A DNA stretch of 56,727 nucleotides, filler included, from Sphacelaria rigidula (lineage: Eukaryota): the NCBI GenBank assembly GCA_964200075.2. It is 6 parts of 6 records of this genome, joined end to end, with 100 filler letters (N's around TTAATTAATTAA, not from the genome) between each part and the next. Parts side by side here need not be neighbours in the genome. Positions count along the whole stretch, not along the records: positions 37,887 to 47,257 come from CAXNAA020008655.1; positions 47,358 to 56,727 come from CAXNAA020008656.1; 4 more parts are not named here. One strand, written 5' to 3'. How positions within the stretch are numbered: the stretch's first letter is position 1; each line of letters opens with the position of its first letter. A program made the position numbers and the translations under genes. The notes beneath the pieces were generated by a model. The model made no database searches and had not been told where the DNA came from. It worked only from the letters and a program-made list of their open reading frames with translations. Positions 38,490 through 49,509 of the stretch are shown piece after piece.

Positions 38490-39147
38490 ACGTGAGTCAT
38501 GGGCTCAATTTTGAATCGTTTTCGATGGAATTTTGGCACGATGTACAGGACGTATGTGCGAAGACACAATCTCCCCCCCCTGATTTTTTTTCTTCGAGAG
38601 AGTTATTGGCAATTTTGTCCCGAAAAAACGATTCTCAAATATTTCGTCGCCAGTAACCCACGAAGAAAAAAACTCAAATATTTCGTCGCCAGTAACGATA
38701 CAGGGGGGGGAAGGTTGTGTCTTCGCACATACGTCCTGTATATCGTGTCAAAATTTCATCGAAAACGATTCAAAATCGAGCCCAGGACTCGCGTCATTCG
38801 GTCGACAACCGGTTCCTATAGTATGTGGAAATGGACCTATCATGAGTAATTCAAACGTAATTATGCTGTTCAATTTTAGGCTGTTTTCGATCAAATTTTG
38901 ACAGTGTGCCGGACGTATGTGCGAAGACACCTCATTATCCCCCTCCCTCCTCTCCTCCCTGTTTTTTTTCCTTCATGAGTTATTGGCATTTCTGTTCCGA
39001 AAAAAACTGTTCTGAAATGTTCCGTGACCAATAACTCACGAAGGGAGGGAAAAAAACACGGGGGAAAGAAGGGATATTCGCACGTACAATGTACATCGTG
39101 TCAAAATTTAATCGAAAATGACTCAAGGTTGAGCTCGGGAATCGCGT
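38490..39147. repeat. Two related ~300-bp foldbacks in tandem (38490-38794, ~38853-39147)
   Basis: GGACGTATGTGCGAAGACAC / GTGTCTTCGCACATACGTCC arms in the first unit, with a diverged version in the second. CTCAAATATTTCGTCGCCAGTAAC is duplicated in the first loop. Confidence 0.8.
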
Positions 39148-39825
39148 AATTTTTTCGAATTCGACTTGTCTTCGTCTACTCTCGGCACAGAGATCTTCAC
39201 AAGCTGCTCGTTGGTTCGCACACTACTTCCAGATGTCTTGGCGCGCTGGGGGCCTCGTCTGCGTGCCTTCTTCGGGACTGCGCGCGTAGTGCGACATGTG
39301 TTGTTGTACAACCGCAGCTTGTGCGGCACCACGCGGCACAATCGACTGTAACCGAAAATCCAATTTCAGCCGTTTTTTGGCTACTTCCGCCGCATATGGT
39401 ACCCTCAACTCTCTACATTTCGGCACCTGACAACAGTTGGGTATTTCGTTTGATGAAACCTTGTCGAATCGCTGTGCTACATGAATTTGAAGACTCGCGC
39501 TTATTTTCCGATTACCACAATGTGTCATAGTAGGCACAACTCGCGGTACATGGTCAGTTATTGTAGAACGGGCTGAAGGAAAGTGAGCTTCTTAGGCGGC
39601 CCAGCTTGTATCGTTTTCAAACAGTTCAATCGCTCTGTAAATTGCACATTCTTCGAGCTGAGCATCAAGATTTGTACAAAGATTATAACTAATTACCCCG
39701 GGCCTATACGTTAATCTTGCGACCACCGCTGGATTCATGCAGGGAAGTGGATTCGCGACAACCAACCGACCAAAAAATCAACCGACCAATCAGACTACAC
39801 AATTGAGACACCTTCACTCGCTCAC

Positions 39826-42800
39826 CTTCCTCCTGCTACCGGGGTACCCCGCGCCGAGCCCCCAACACCCGCCATTCTCGCAGGCACGGGAGGTGTCAAG
39901 GCCCGGCCGCCGACACCGCCAGCAGCGATGGCTGCCCTGGGCTCCTTACCCGCCTTCGCCGCGACTGCCACCGCCGCCGGTAGAGCTGACTGGGTTGACC
40001 CAGAACCGACTCCGATCATGGCTTTAAGGTCGGCCGTTGCGGCAACGGCGCCGTCGCCAGTAGTTCCCGACAACGCCCTTGTCGTCCCAACTGCCGAGAA
40101 CCTCCGAATGGAAGCAACGGCACCCTCGGAACTACTGCGATGGTGCGCGCCGCCATAATTTCGGCCGCCCACGGTGCTTGCCGCGGGCGTCGTAGCAGCA
40201 TCGGGGTCCACCGCCGACGGCGCTAACAAAAACCCTTCGACTGTATTCTGCGCTAGCATCAGGTTGAGTCCACCAACGCCGGCTGCCCCCCCGGTTGGTG
40301 AATCCTTCCCGCCCCCCGGTGTGGTGGATGGTGGTGAAAACTGCGACGTCGCTCCCACCGGCCCCGCCTCGCGGCGGCCACCCCCGACTCCTAGCATGCC
40401 TTTCAGCAAAGCGCCCGCAGCGGCGGCGGATGCCGCAGACCCAGAATCTTTCGGTAGAGGGGATGCTGCGCGAGCCGTTGCCGATACTGTTGTGCCAGAA
40501 TCCCCGCCTGCACCGCTTGGAGCCGCCGCTGTGTCTGGTGTAGAAGTGTGAGCTGAGGTTCGAGTGTTGCTGTTCGTTGCTGCCGGGTTTGCGGCTGCAG
40601 GTTGTGGCGATGATACTGCGGAAGGACGGCCGATGGACAGAGCTCTTTTGAGGTCGTTCGTACCGGCAATGTTGACGCCCTTGTTGTTAGTACTGCTGTT
40701 GTTGCTGGATGATACGGAGTGCAAAAGGGATACGTTGCCGGATTGTTGCGTGGAGGCAGCAGTGCCGGAGCCTGCTTCTATGAAACCTTGTTGTTGTTGA
40801 TGATTCGGAGCCTGCTCGGTATGAGGCAGCATTCCGGTAAAACGTTCATAAGCGACGGAGGAGAGGTGGAGGGAAAATGAACATGTTCAAGAGACATACA
40901 TACCCGGCGCTCAATTAAAATAACAGGAGGGGAGATTCGAACATTGAATCTGGAGAGCGTAAATGAAACTAAAATGAAAGAGGCACGTCCACGGCGAGTG
41001 CTTACTTTGTCCTGTCGGTATATTCACGCTTCGACAACCAAGGTAATAAAATGAGTCACTCTGGGTCTATTTGTACGGCGCTACGGACGTGTCCGATTTT
41101 AGTTCACAATTTCTACTGCAGTGCGGTCACGTGAGGCAGAAAAGTCCACTCGCTCAAAATATGTATGGTCGAAATTTATTTACTCATTCTTTCTCCGTGA
41201 TTGGTCGGTAATATATCACCCCGTCCCCCAAAAATACAAATCATTTTTTAAAGCGTCTGGGAGCATTCAAAATATGTTGGCGCGAACAGGCAATCTGTTG
41301 GCTCGAAGTGGAACAAAGTCACAGTAACCGCAGGGGCACGCGCAAAAGTGTGACACACAACCTAACACAAACAAAAAATGAAACTGGGAGTCTCGTTACA
41401 CCCGTGAACAACAGACACACGGCGCAAGCCGTAGCCGCTGATCAGCTGAGCACGTTACGCTTTCCTTTTTAGTCAAATCGGTTCAAAATTCAACGAGAAA
41501 CAGAACTTTCTGTGACAGACGCGCGCCGGGAACACCCCACAATACGGGTCATCGACGGCACGTTTCGGTTGAAATTAATCAAGGGTCGGACAAATAATGA
41601 TTCGTCTGAAATTACTTGATTTAAGTATGATGAGTTGACTCGTAACGAATCNNNNNNNNNNAGATACGTGGAATGGCGCAAAAGTTGCGTGGATATCCCT
41701 TGGGCCAGCGATCAACTTTTCCCCCCTTTTAAGGGAACCACGCCGAAGAAATCGTGAATTTGGTGACTTTGAGTCGTGATGATTTGTCCTAACCGTGAAA
41801 ATAACACGCACACGGCCATCCTTCGTCCAATACCGAACAGAATTCAGTACAATAGAGACTGCTGTGCATATGTGAGCAAGCGTCAGCGGTGGAGCAAATA
41901 CACTTGGGCAGTGATCATCTGTGCGTGTTTCTCTGGCGCTTCGGGTGTATATGTCGTGATTCTTTATGGCGTCTTTTTCTGTGCCAGCACAGAGATGTTG
42001 GACGAACGGTCTATGCTACAACCGCCGCGTTTTCGGGCTTGCACCTGAAAAAACAAAAAATGTGTGCGATAAGACTGAAAAGTGATCGTTGTCTACACAG
42101 ATTTGTTCCGAAAATACTGAGTTTTTTTTTCACGTGTCACTGTAAGACGCGGTCTGGACCCGTAAATCTTTGCGACCACAGCGACATCGCATCAATCAGG
42201 CTGATTGAGCACATCTGCGGCACAGGGGGTGTACATAACCCGAAAATTACTATCTCCCCGAAAACAAACAGCAAGTATTATTCTTGGACGATAGGGGGTG
42301 TACTCTTGCTCTTGCATGCCGCAGTCATTCGACCATCGACCTCGTCTTGCTACAAAGCCGGGACGGAGCATGCCGGGTTTTTGCCGGACCAGGCTCGCAA
42401 TCAATCACCAAGCGCAAAGCGTCGTGGTGTGTTCGGCGAGTCGCATGAAGGGTGAGCTGCATTCTGCTAGGATTATTTCGCCCGAAGCGTAATGATTATC
42501 TTGCACTTGGATGACAGCTTCCGATGAGGTACTTTCATTTTCTGGTATCGCCACTCGCATAGACAGCCACGGGTTCCACACTGCCTCATGGGTCTCACCG
42601 GGGTGCTGGTGGGTGGGTGTACTCGTGATCTTACATGACATAGTCATGAGACCATTGACCTCGCATCCCTACAAAGCCGGGACGGCGCACGCCGGGTTTT
42701 CGCCGGACCAGGCTTACAATCAATCACCAAGCGCGAAGCGCCGTCATGTGTTCGGCGAGTCGCATGAAGGGCGAGCTGCAGTCTGCTAAAATTAATTCGT

Positions 42801-45732
42801 CCGAAGCGTACTGATTATCCTGCACTTGAATGACAGCCTCCGATGAGTTGCTTCACTTTCTGGTATTGCCACTTCCAGAGACAGCCACGGGTTTGCATAC
42901 TGCCTCGTCGGTATTTCACAATGTAAACACTCCGTAGTATGATAATTTCCTTCGCGCGGAGTTGAGGTTGTCCCACCCTGCACAATATGATCTAGCTCGA
43001 CCACAATCATGGTAACCGCAAAATAAACGCAATCGCGCCAGAATATTCGGTAACCTGGTTGCGTAGCTTCCTCCGTGAGTGGGTGTTTTACAGCGCCATC
43101 GTCAACTGACGCCAACCCCATAGGGGGTCACCGGGGGGGGGGGGCGGGGGGTACAGAAGTCATACTTCACTGTGACTTCACCAACCCCTTTCTCCCACGA
43201 CACTGCGATCTAAACCCGGGTTCATCAGGGGGAGGCACGCCGGAAGTACAGAGTGTATCAGGGAGGGAAAGGTCTCCCATAGGTCTTTAGAGCGAGCAAA
43301 ATTCACGTCGATTGACATGATTTTTCTTCACCTTCTTCGCCCTCATATACGTTCAAGGACTGGGGGAAAAAAACTTGTTCAACTCAGACAGTTCTAGTAG
43401 TAGGCGGTCTAACTTTTCAGGGGTGTTTTGGGGTTTTCCTGGCGTACTACTATTCGATAGAACCCGACATTGCTAGCGTCGGTAGATTTTGGTACAATAA
43501 ACAGATCATCCTCGAAACACAGTGTCCAAGTCAGTGCTAGTTGGTGTTATCAGGCGCTACGAGTAAATACCCTGTTTATCAGGAGGGTGTTCTTGACCGT
43601 GAAACACAGTTTTTCGGTTCTAGTGCAATGAGTAGATATAATTTCAAAAAAAAAAAACTGTACATTCCTTGACAAATATGATCGGGACAGGATCAATCGA
43701 CCGAAAATACCGAAGATTAAGAACCTGGGCTGAAACGTGGCAGGACCCCCGATGACCGAGCAGCCCGCAGGTCACTCAATATTGAGTACATATGTTTTTT
43801 TTTGTTCTTGGAATATGGAACGGATACACATATGTTCAGATCCCCGATGTGATAAGCGGTGGCAAGCGAAAGGAGCCTAAAAAAATCGCCATTTACGAAA
43901 AAAATAACAAAAATACAACAAAATGAAAAGTTAGACCGCCTACGACTCTACCCTTAGAAAACGGGTGGTTGCTTGGTTGTTCAGGACGATATCATGCACC
44001 CATTCGTTTTCACCGTCGTCTTGAAAGCTCTTCGAGGCCAAAAGAATCTCAAATCGATGGACCTCATGATAGGTGGAGCACCCCAAAGGGTGAGGGTGTG
44101 CAAAAAACAAAAAACGGCTTCCTTTGACAGCACGCATCAGGGATTGCCGACCTTAGAATACAAAGAATGCTGTCATTCGGGGAGAGGTGATTGAAAAGTC
44201 AGAGAGTCTGGTCAACTACAGCGTCGAGCTTACCCGCGTCAAAGACCCCAGCCAGTGGTATCACGCTACTGCCGTCCCCGCGTTGTCATCGCCATAAATC
44301 AGATCCTGCGAAAAAAAAAAAGTTATCTGTCGGCTCGAACCCGTAAGCATCCGCGCCAACCGGCTGTTCGAAGGGTGCCGTTTTTTTCTCTCGTACGGGA
44401 ATCGTGAGAGTAAATTTCTTCACCACGTCAGGTAATAGATCAATTCAAGACGGACTATAAATTTCTCCGAGAATGTATCGTAGGATTTTTTCTCGAGCAG
44501 TTTTTTTCCGGATCAGTCGGGAAAAAAATCATTCAATTTTTTGGGAAAAAAAAAATTGAAAAAACTTCACCGCGAAAAAGACCCTGTATCTTTTTGCAAT
44601 AACGCCCACCTTCTGAGATCTTCCCGCCGCCCGAGCGGTAGAGGTGAAAGCAGCACTTGTCGCACGAGATGACGCGCCGGCGGCGGCGGCCCTCAAGGCC
44701 TGCAGCCTGGCCTTCGTGTGGATCTTTGCCACTGTCGCCCAAGGCACGAGAGCACCCCTGTAATTCGAGGTAGGACAATTTGGTCAAGGCTGTGTTCTGC
44801 AGGATACACTTTTTTGTACCCGGGGTATATTTATTTTTTTCGAGTCACACTTTGAACCTCTCCCCTTCCTCGGGACGAGTCCGTGGTCTCGAGGGATCAA
44901 CCCATATCTCCCCGGCGCACGCCTTGCATTTTGATCCCGCGGTTTGGATCAGCACTCCCGCACCGTGTCAACTCTCGTTGAACAAACTCAGTCAACTAGC
45001 TTTCTATTTTTTACTCATGTACTCACGCCTTCGACCGTGGACATCACATACTTCGAAGAAAATTCCCAAGGAATCGGGAATCGAACCCATGTTCTCACCA
45101 CCCTAATGGTGAAAGTCGAACCACTACACCACCGGGGTGCCGCGGCATGTCCCCAGGTGTTACCCGTGTCCGACCGGCTCTATGAGTTCTGCAAGACTCT
45201 CATACCGGTACCCGACAATCTGTGAGTTCTGCAAGTCTCTCACGCCGGTACTTAGTCGACAGTTCTATGGGATCCGTACGAAATATTTACCCTTATACCC
45301 GTGGTACGGGTGAGCCCTTGTAAAAATACCCGGCCACGGGTGAAGGTTTCTGTACGCAAGTTGCTGAATCACTGGTGATTTTGAAAAATAAATCATGATG
45401 GGACCAGGAAAAAATTGATGGTCGCCTTCGAACCCACCAGAGGGTGGGGGGGGGGGGGGAGTCATCAGTCACATCAGCCTCATTTTTACTTGAAGAATAA
45501 CTGCAAAACCACCACCAGTACGTGTTTGTCTTGTACCGTTACATTGTTTTACTGCACAGCAAGCCTAGTCGTTATTGGATCACACCTGTAGTTGGAGCAC
45601 ATGCCGTGCAGCGTGCCTCCGCCGATGAACTCCTCATCGAAGACCACCTCAACACACGCGCTGTGGCTATGGATCGCGATGACCGTACCCCACATACCGA
45701 ACGGTACCCCTTTGGCACGCATGTTCACCACC
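39826..45732 (-). CDS. XRN1: 5'-3' exoribonuclease XRN1-like, 3' part; exons 45732-45586, 44757-44610, ~40811-39826
   Basis: RVVNMRAKGVPFGMWGTVIAIH....VEVVFDEEFIGGGTLHGMCSNYR|GALVPW matches the XRN1 SH3-like domain, and the phases join. It is followed by a long low-complexity A/G/S exon typical of XRN1 C-termini; borders of that exon are less certain. Confidence 0.8.
41570..41777. repeat. Dispersed repeat with an inverted copy at ~46564-46805
   Basis: TAATGATTCGTCTG.A.ATTACTTGATTT and ACGTGGAATGGCGCAAAA.TTGCGTG occur reverse-complemented at 46650-46790. Confidence 0.7.
42294..43135 (-). mobile_element. Poly(C)-anchored retroposon-like element, type A, partial tandem (42294-42599 + 42616-43131)
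   Basis: Two head-to-tail units, each beginning GGGTGTACTC on the + strand. Homologous to 47358-47739, 48209-48515, 37711-37786 (inverted) and 32834-32886. Confidence 0.78.
43395..43948. mobile_element. Tc1/mariner-type MITE, copy 2
   Basis: TIRs TAGTAGTAGGCGGTCTAACTTTT / AAAAGTTAGACCGCCTACGACTC. Collinear with 2342-2895. Confidence 0.88.
44820..45143 (-). mobile_element. tRNA-derived SINE, family 2
   Basis: Minus-strand head GCGGCACCCCGG-TGGTGTAGTGG (A box)...GGGTTCGATTCCC (B box). Body shared with 26695-27004 and 54445-54766. Confidence 0.75.
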
Positions 45733-45949
45733 CTGAACCACCAGCAACAATTGGGGGGAAAAAAACTAGAACGTCGGTCAAACGAGCAAAGAAGGGGAAA
45801 AAACTGTAAGCTGGAGTAGATCCGCAGAAGTTCGGCACCTGATTGGGCGGGCGGATGGGACGCGCGATGATGGTGGTGCGTTCCGCTCCTCACGACTACT
45901 TATTGAACAAGCTCTTTCTTACCATGTAATGAACAGAAGTGCCGCTACT

Positions 45950-46078
45950 AGAAAGAGTAAACGTCTGTGACCACGGGCTCGAGAGATCGGGCTAGTGTGC
46001 AATTAATGATAATTATTATCATAATAATAATAGTAATCAAATATTATGATGATAATAGTAATGGTAAAAATAGTAATT
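45950..46078 (+). mobile_element. 3' end of a non-LTR retroposon with degenerate (AAT)n tail
   Basis: ACGTCTGTGACCACGGGCTCGAGAGATCGG followed by an AAT-rich tail. Confidence 0.7.
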
Positions 46079-46248
46079 TGGAGGCTGACATTTCTGCTGT
46101 GTCGGCCACCCCTCTTACATGTTTTAAATATTGATTTCTCCAAGCTGCCGTGCGTTCAACCACATCACAGGATAAGGGTTTGCTAGGCACAATCACTAGG
46201 CCCGAAGCTCATAAGCGTGGGACGGCGCGTACACTGGGCCAACTTGAA

Positions 46249-46298
46249 GGGGGGGGGGGGCGTACTCATTTGTTGCTTGCCTTCGTCGTTTGACCATT
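46249..46298 (-). mobile_element. Poly(C)-anchored element, type B, ~50 bp, with TSD
   Basis: GCCAACTTGA at 46238-46247 and 46299-46308, each followed by a G-run. Confidence 0.8.
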
Positions 46299-46971
46299 GC
46301 CAACTTGAGGGGGGTTTAGTGAGTTCGACTTCCACACTGCCTTGAGCAAAGCTTTCCGAACGCTTGAGGCACCTACCCTAAATTACTGCCATACGGTGGT
46401 CTAGGCGAGCCTCCGGGTGATTGGCGCACGAACACGTTCGCGCGGTAAGTATTGGGTGAGGGTTCCTCCCTCCTTCAGGGAAAAACACCCCACCATTAAT
46501 AGAACCTGATATGCATTGCCGGGGTACAAACTACACCATATTACAAGGTTCGGACGAATCACCGCCGGTTCAAATAACGAAATCCACGATTTTGTCGGCT
46601 GATCGCTCGAAAGAGAGAAAAAAGTTGACCGCTGGTCAGAAAGGTCTTCACGCAATTTTTGCGCCATTCCACGTGCCTGGGCTGCGCGCACCTGGGTTCC
46701 AACGCTGAAACAAAGCCTGACGATTGATTTGTACGGTACGCATCAATCACACTAAAATCAAGTAATATCCAGACGAATCATTAATTAGTCCGAGCCTTGC
46801 AATATTACCCCGATTCTGGGGGAATATCGATGTGCCAGCGATGCCGTAGTAGGGGAAAAAAATAGGTTTAATCAGGATACCCATGCTCAGGATTTTCTTC
46901 TCTGCACGCACTTGACTGCAAATCTCGATGTCGGGGTAGTTAGCGCATGGATACCGGGATATCGAAATTAC

Positions 46972-47164
46972 CAGGGCCCTCTACGTTACACATCACAACT
47001 TAACGTCACACGTCACAAAACTCCTTACAATCGGAGCCCTGGGTAAAGTCAAGTCAAATCAAACTGAGCGTCGGGCCTGGCTAGTACAACGGTGTGGGAC
47101 CACGTAGGCCCCCACCGTTGTACTAGCCAGGCTTAACTTGTGACGTGTAACGTATAGAGCCCTG
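46972..47164. mobile_element. hAT-type MITE (CAGGG termini, 8-bp TSD) with an internal hairpin
   Basis: TIRs CAGGGCCCTCTACGTTACACATCACAACTTAA / TTAACTTGTGACGTGTAACGTATAGAGCCCTG. TSD GAAATTAC/TAAATTAC. Internal stem GCCTGGCTAGTACAACGGTG / CACCGTTGTACTAGCCAGGC. Confidence 0.88.
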
Positions 47165-47357
47165 TAAATTACAGTAGTCAGCATCAGAAGTATGCAGAAT
47201 CCATAATTTCTTAGTTTCTCAAAGATCGTCCAAATTTGTTTTGCTTGCCACCGCTCANNNNNNNNNNNNNNNNNNNNNNNNNNNNNNNNNNNNNNNNNNN
47301 NTTAATTAATTAANNNNNNNNNNNNNNNNNNNNNNNNNNNNNNNNNNNNNNNNNNNN

Positions 47358-47739
47358 CGTACTGATTTATCTTGCATTTGGATGACAGCCTCCAATGAGT
47401 TGCTTCATTTTCTGGCATCGCCACTCCCCGAGACAGTCACGGCTTATACGCTGCCTCAGGGGTGTCTCACCATTTAAACACTACGTAGTACGATCATCCC
47501 CATTGTGCGGTGTTGAGGTTCTCCCACGCCGACAACATGATCTAGCTCGACCATCATCATAGTTACCGCAAAAAATCGCAAGCGCGCAAAACAAAAACGG
47601 CAACCTGGTCGCCTAGCTTCCGCAGTGAGTGGCGTGTTTTACAGCGTCATCGCCAACAGACGCCAACCCCATCGGGGGTCCGCCCCTACGAAGCCGGGAC
47701 GGAGCACGCTGGGTTCTCGCCGGACCAGGGGGGGGGGGG
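47358..47739 (-). mobile_element. Poly(C)-anchored element, type A, 5' portion
   Basis: Collinear with 42807-43128, then ends in CCTACGAAGCCGGGACGGAGCACGCTGGGTTCTCGCCGGACCAGG plus a G-run. Confidence 0.78.
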
Positions 47740-48208
47740 TACACCCAGCCTGTTGTCTCTTAGTTTTTGACCGAGACGTTGATGGATGCGGTCAGCTGCC
47801 GTATATAGAGATCCTTGGCATGGAGACCGCTGAGATGACGGACACACCGCCCCATCCACGCTCATCACCTACCATGGTTACATCTATGCGATCATGTTCC
47901 GTGTCGTGTGCCTCGATTACCTAACACTAGTCCGGACAAATTTGGCGAGGCGTGAGATAATGCTGTCACTGTGGCCACAGGCTGTCGTTACCGTGCGCAC
48001 GTGTATTGTACATGTGTGTGAGCGTTGCCGGCATCCGAGGTCATAGGGACAGGGCGGGCAAGGAGCAGGAGCAAATATACGAACCTCGCAAAGCCCGCCA
48101 GAATTTTCTGTTTTTGTCAGTGTTTGTTGATCAATTTATTTCAACAATATCAACAAAAAAAAGATGAGAAAAATAATGACAATTTTCGAAACATTGCCCT
48201 CAGGGAGA

Positions 48209-48515
48209 GGGGTGTACTCATGACCATGCATGCCATAGTCGTAAGACCACTGACCTCGCATACCTACAATGCCGGGACGGAGCACGCCGGGTTTTCGCTG
48301 GACCAGGCTTGCACTCAAACCACCAAGCGCGAAGCAGCGCCGTGTTGTGTTCGGCTAGTCGCATGAAGGGTGAGCTGCATCCTGCTAAGATTGTTCGGCC
48401 CGAAGCGTACTGAATATCTTGCATTTGGATGACAGCCAACAATGAATTGCTTTGTTTCGTGGTATCGCCACTTCCAGAGACAGCCACAGCTTTTACACTG
48501 CCTCATGGATGTCTC
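48209..48515 (-). mobile_element. Poly(C)-anchored element, type A, 5'-truncated
   Basis: Collinear with 42294-42596. Flanks CTCAGGGAGAGGGG / CTCGGAGAGGGGGG resemble a TSD. Confidence 0.78.
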
Positions 48516-48751
48516 GGAGAGGGGGGGGAGGGGGGGGGAGGGGATGGCCTCCGTGTCCGAAACATTTCTGTCGACATACCCTTGTTCCCACAGTTTTTGG
48601 CCCCTAAACAGGGAATATCGTCATCGCACGTCTTGAACACTTTGCATCGCCCCGCCACCGAGAGGAGTCTAGCCCACTTTTCAGATCTGCGAGGATTCGA
48701 GAACGACCTCTGAGTAAAAATATGGCTGACGAAAAAAGTCAGGTTCCCATG

Positions 48752-49039
48752 GAGAGTTGAGCGTTGATTGAGAGTGGGCTTCATATTTCGCTTTGGGTTG
48801 TTGATCCATTTTTCATTCTGTGTGTATGCTTTTCTTTGCCTGTAACGCTGGCGTGGGCTGACAGCTACACGTTGATATTCTACTCAGGGATATCAAGGGC
48901 TTCAGTGGTAAGATACGACAGAAAGCGTATCGGGTCTCGTGGGCGGGCATTTTGGAATTGAAACTGTTGTTCATTCATAAAGTGACCGCTTATCACTCTC
49001 AATCGTATCCTCTACTCGTGATCTCAAGAAACCTTTGTT
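48752..49039 (+). mobile_element. AACAA-TIR MITE, copy E (left TIR truncated)
   Basis: Body matches the family (CAGCTACACGT.GATAT.CTACTCAGGGATATCAAGGG). Confidence 0.8.
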
Positions 49040-49103
49040 GACCGCAGGATTCGGTATCCAAGAGCTCTTCTACCCTCTTTCTCCATCACGGTTCACTTAT
49101 CTC

Positions 49104-49464
49104 TGTGTGTGTGTTATCGTCCCATTTATTATGGGCACCAGTCTACACCTTCCGGTATATGTGGGCGCATGAGCCGGGGTCGCACCGGAGGAAGGTCAAC
49201 ACAGGAGCTTTTTTATTTTTTGTTTCTTTTTAATAACACACCTTCCTTCTGCGGTGCTTGCCTTTATTTTTTATCGCGAGAGAGGTTCAGCAGTCCCTTT
49301 CCCCCGTCAACCGTTAAGTCGATTTTTGTGTACCCACGACGTAGTCGCTCTCCACTGTTGAGCATGGTGTGAGAAAAGAGTCCAGATCACTCCGGGAATC
49401 GAATCCCCCAACTCAACCATCAGAGGGTTACGAGGTCACCAACTGAGCCACCGGGGCGACCGGC
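49104..49464 (-). mobile_element. tRNA-derived SINE, family 1, with (CA)n tail
   Basis: Minus-strand head GCCGGTCGCCCCGG-TGGCTCAGTTGG (A box)...GGATTCGATTCCC (B box). Ends ...AATAAATGGGACGATAACACACAC. Confidence 0.8.
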
Positions 49465-49509
49465 TTTACCTTCGTCTAGAAATGCCGTGCAACTCAAGTA
49501 TACAGTGTG

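Noticed and set aside
39123..39346. Possible further XRN1 exon
   Set aside because: An acceptor-like CAG exists, but several frames are partly open, there is no motif, and it abuts the foldback repeat.
42510..42545. CCGATGAG motif as a hammerhead ribozyme core in the poly(C) family
   Set aside because: It lacks CTGATGA and a correctly placed GAAA with flanking helices, and it lies antisense to the inferred element orientation.
49390..49464. Possible tRNA gene
   Set aside because: It has A and B boxes but no convincing cloverleaf, and it continues into a repeated SINE body.
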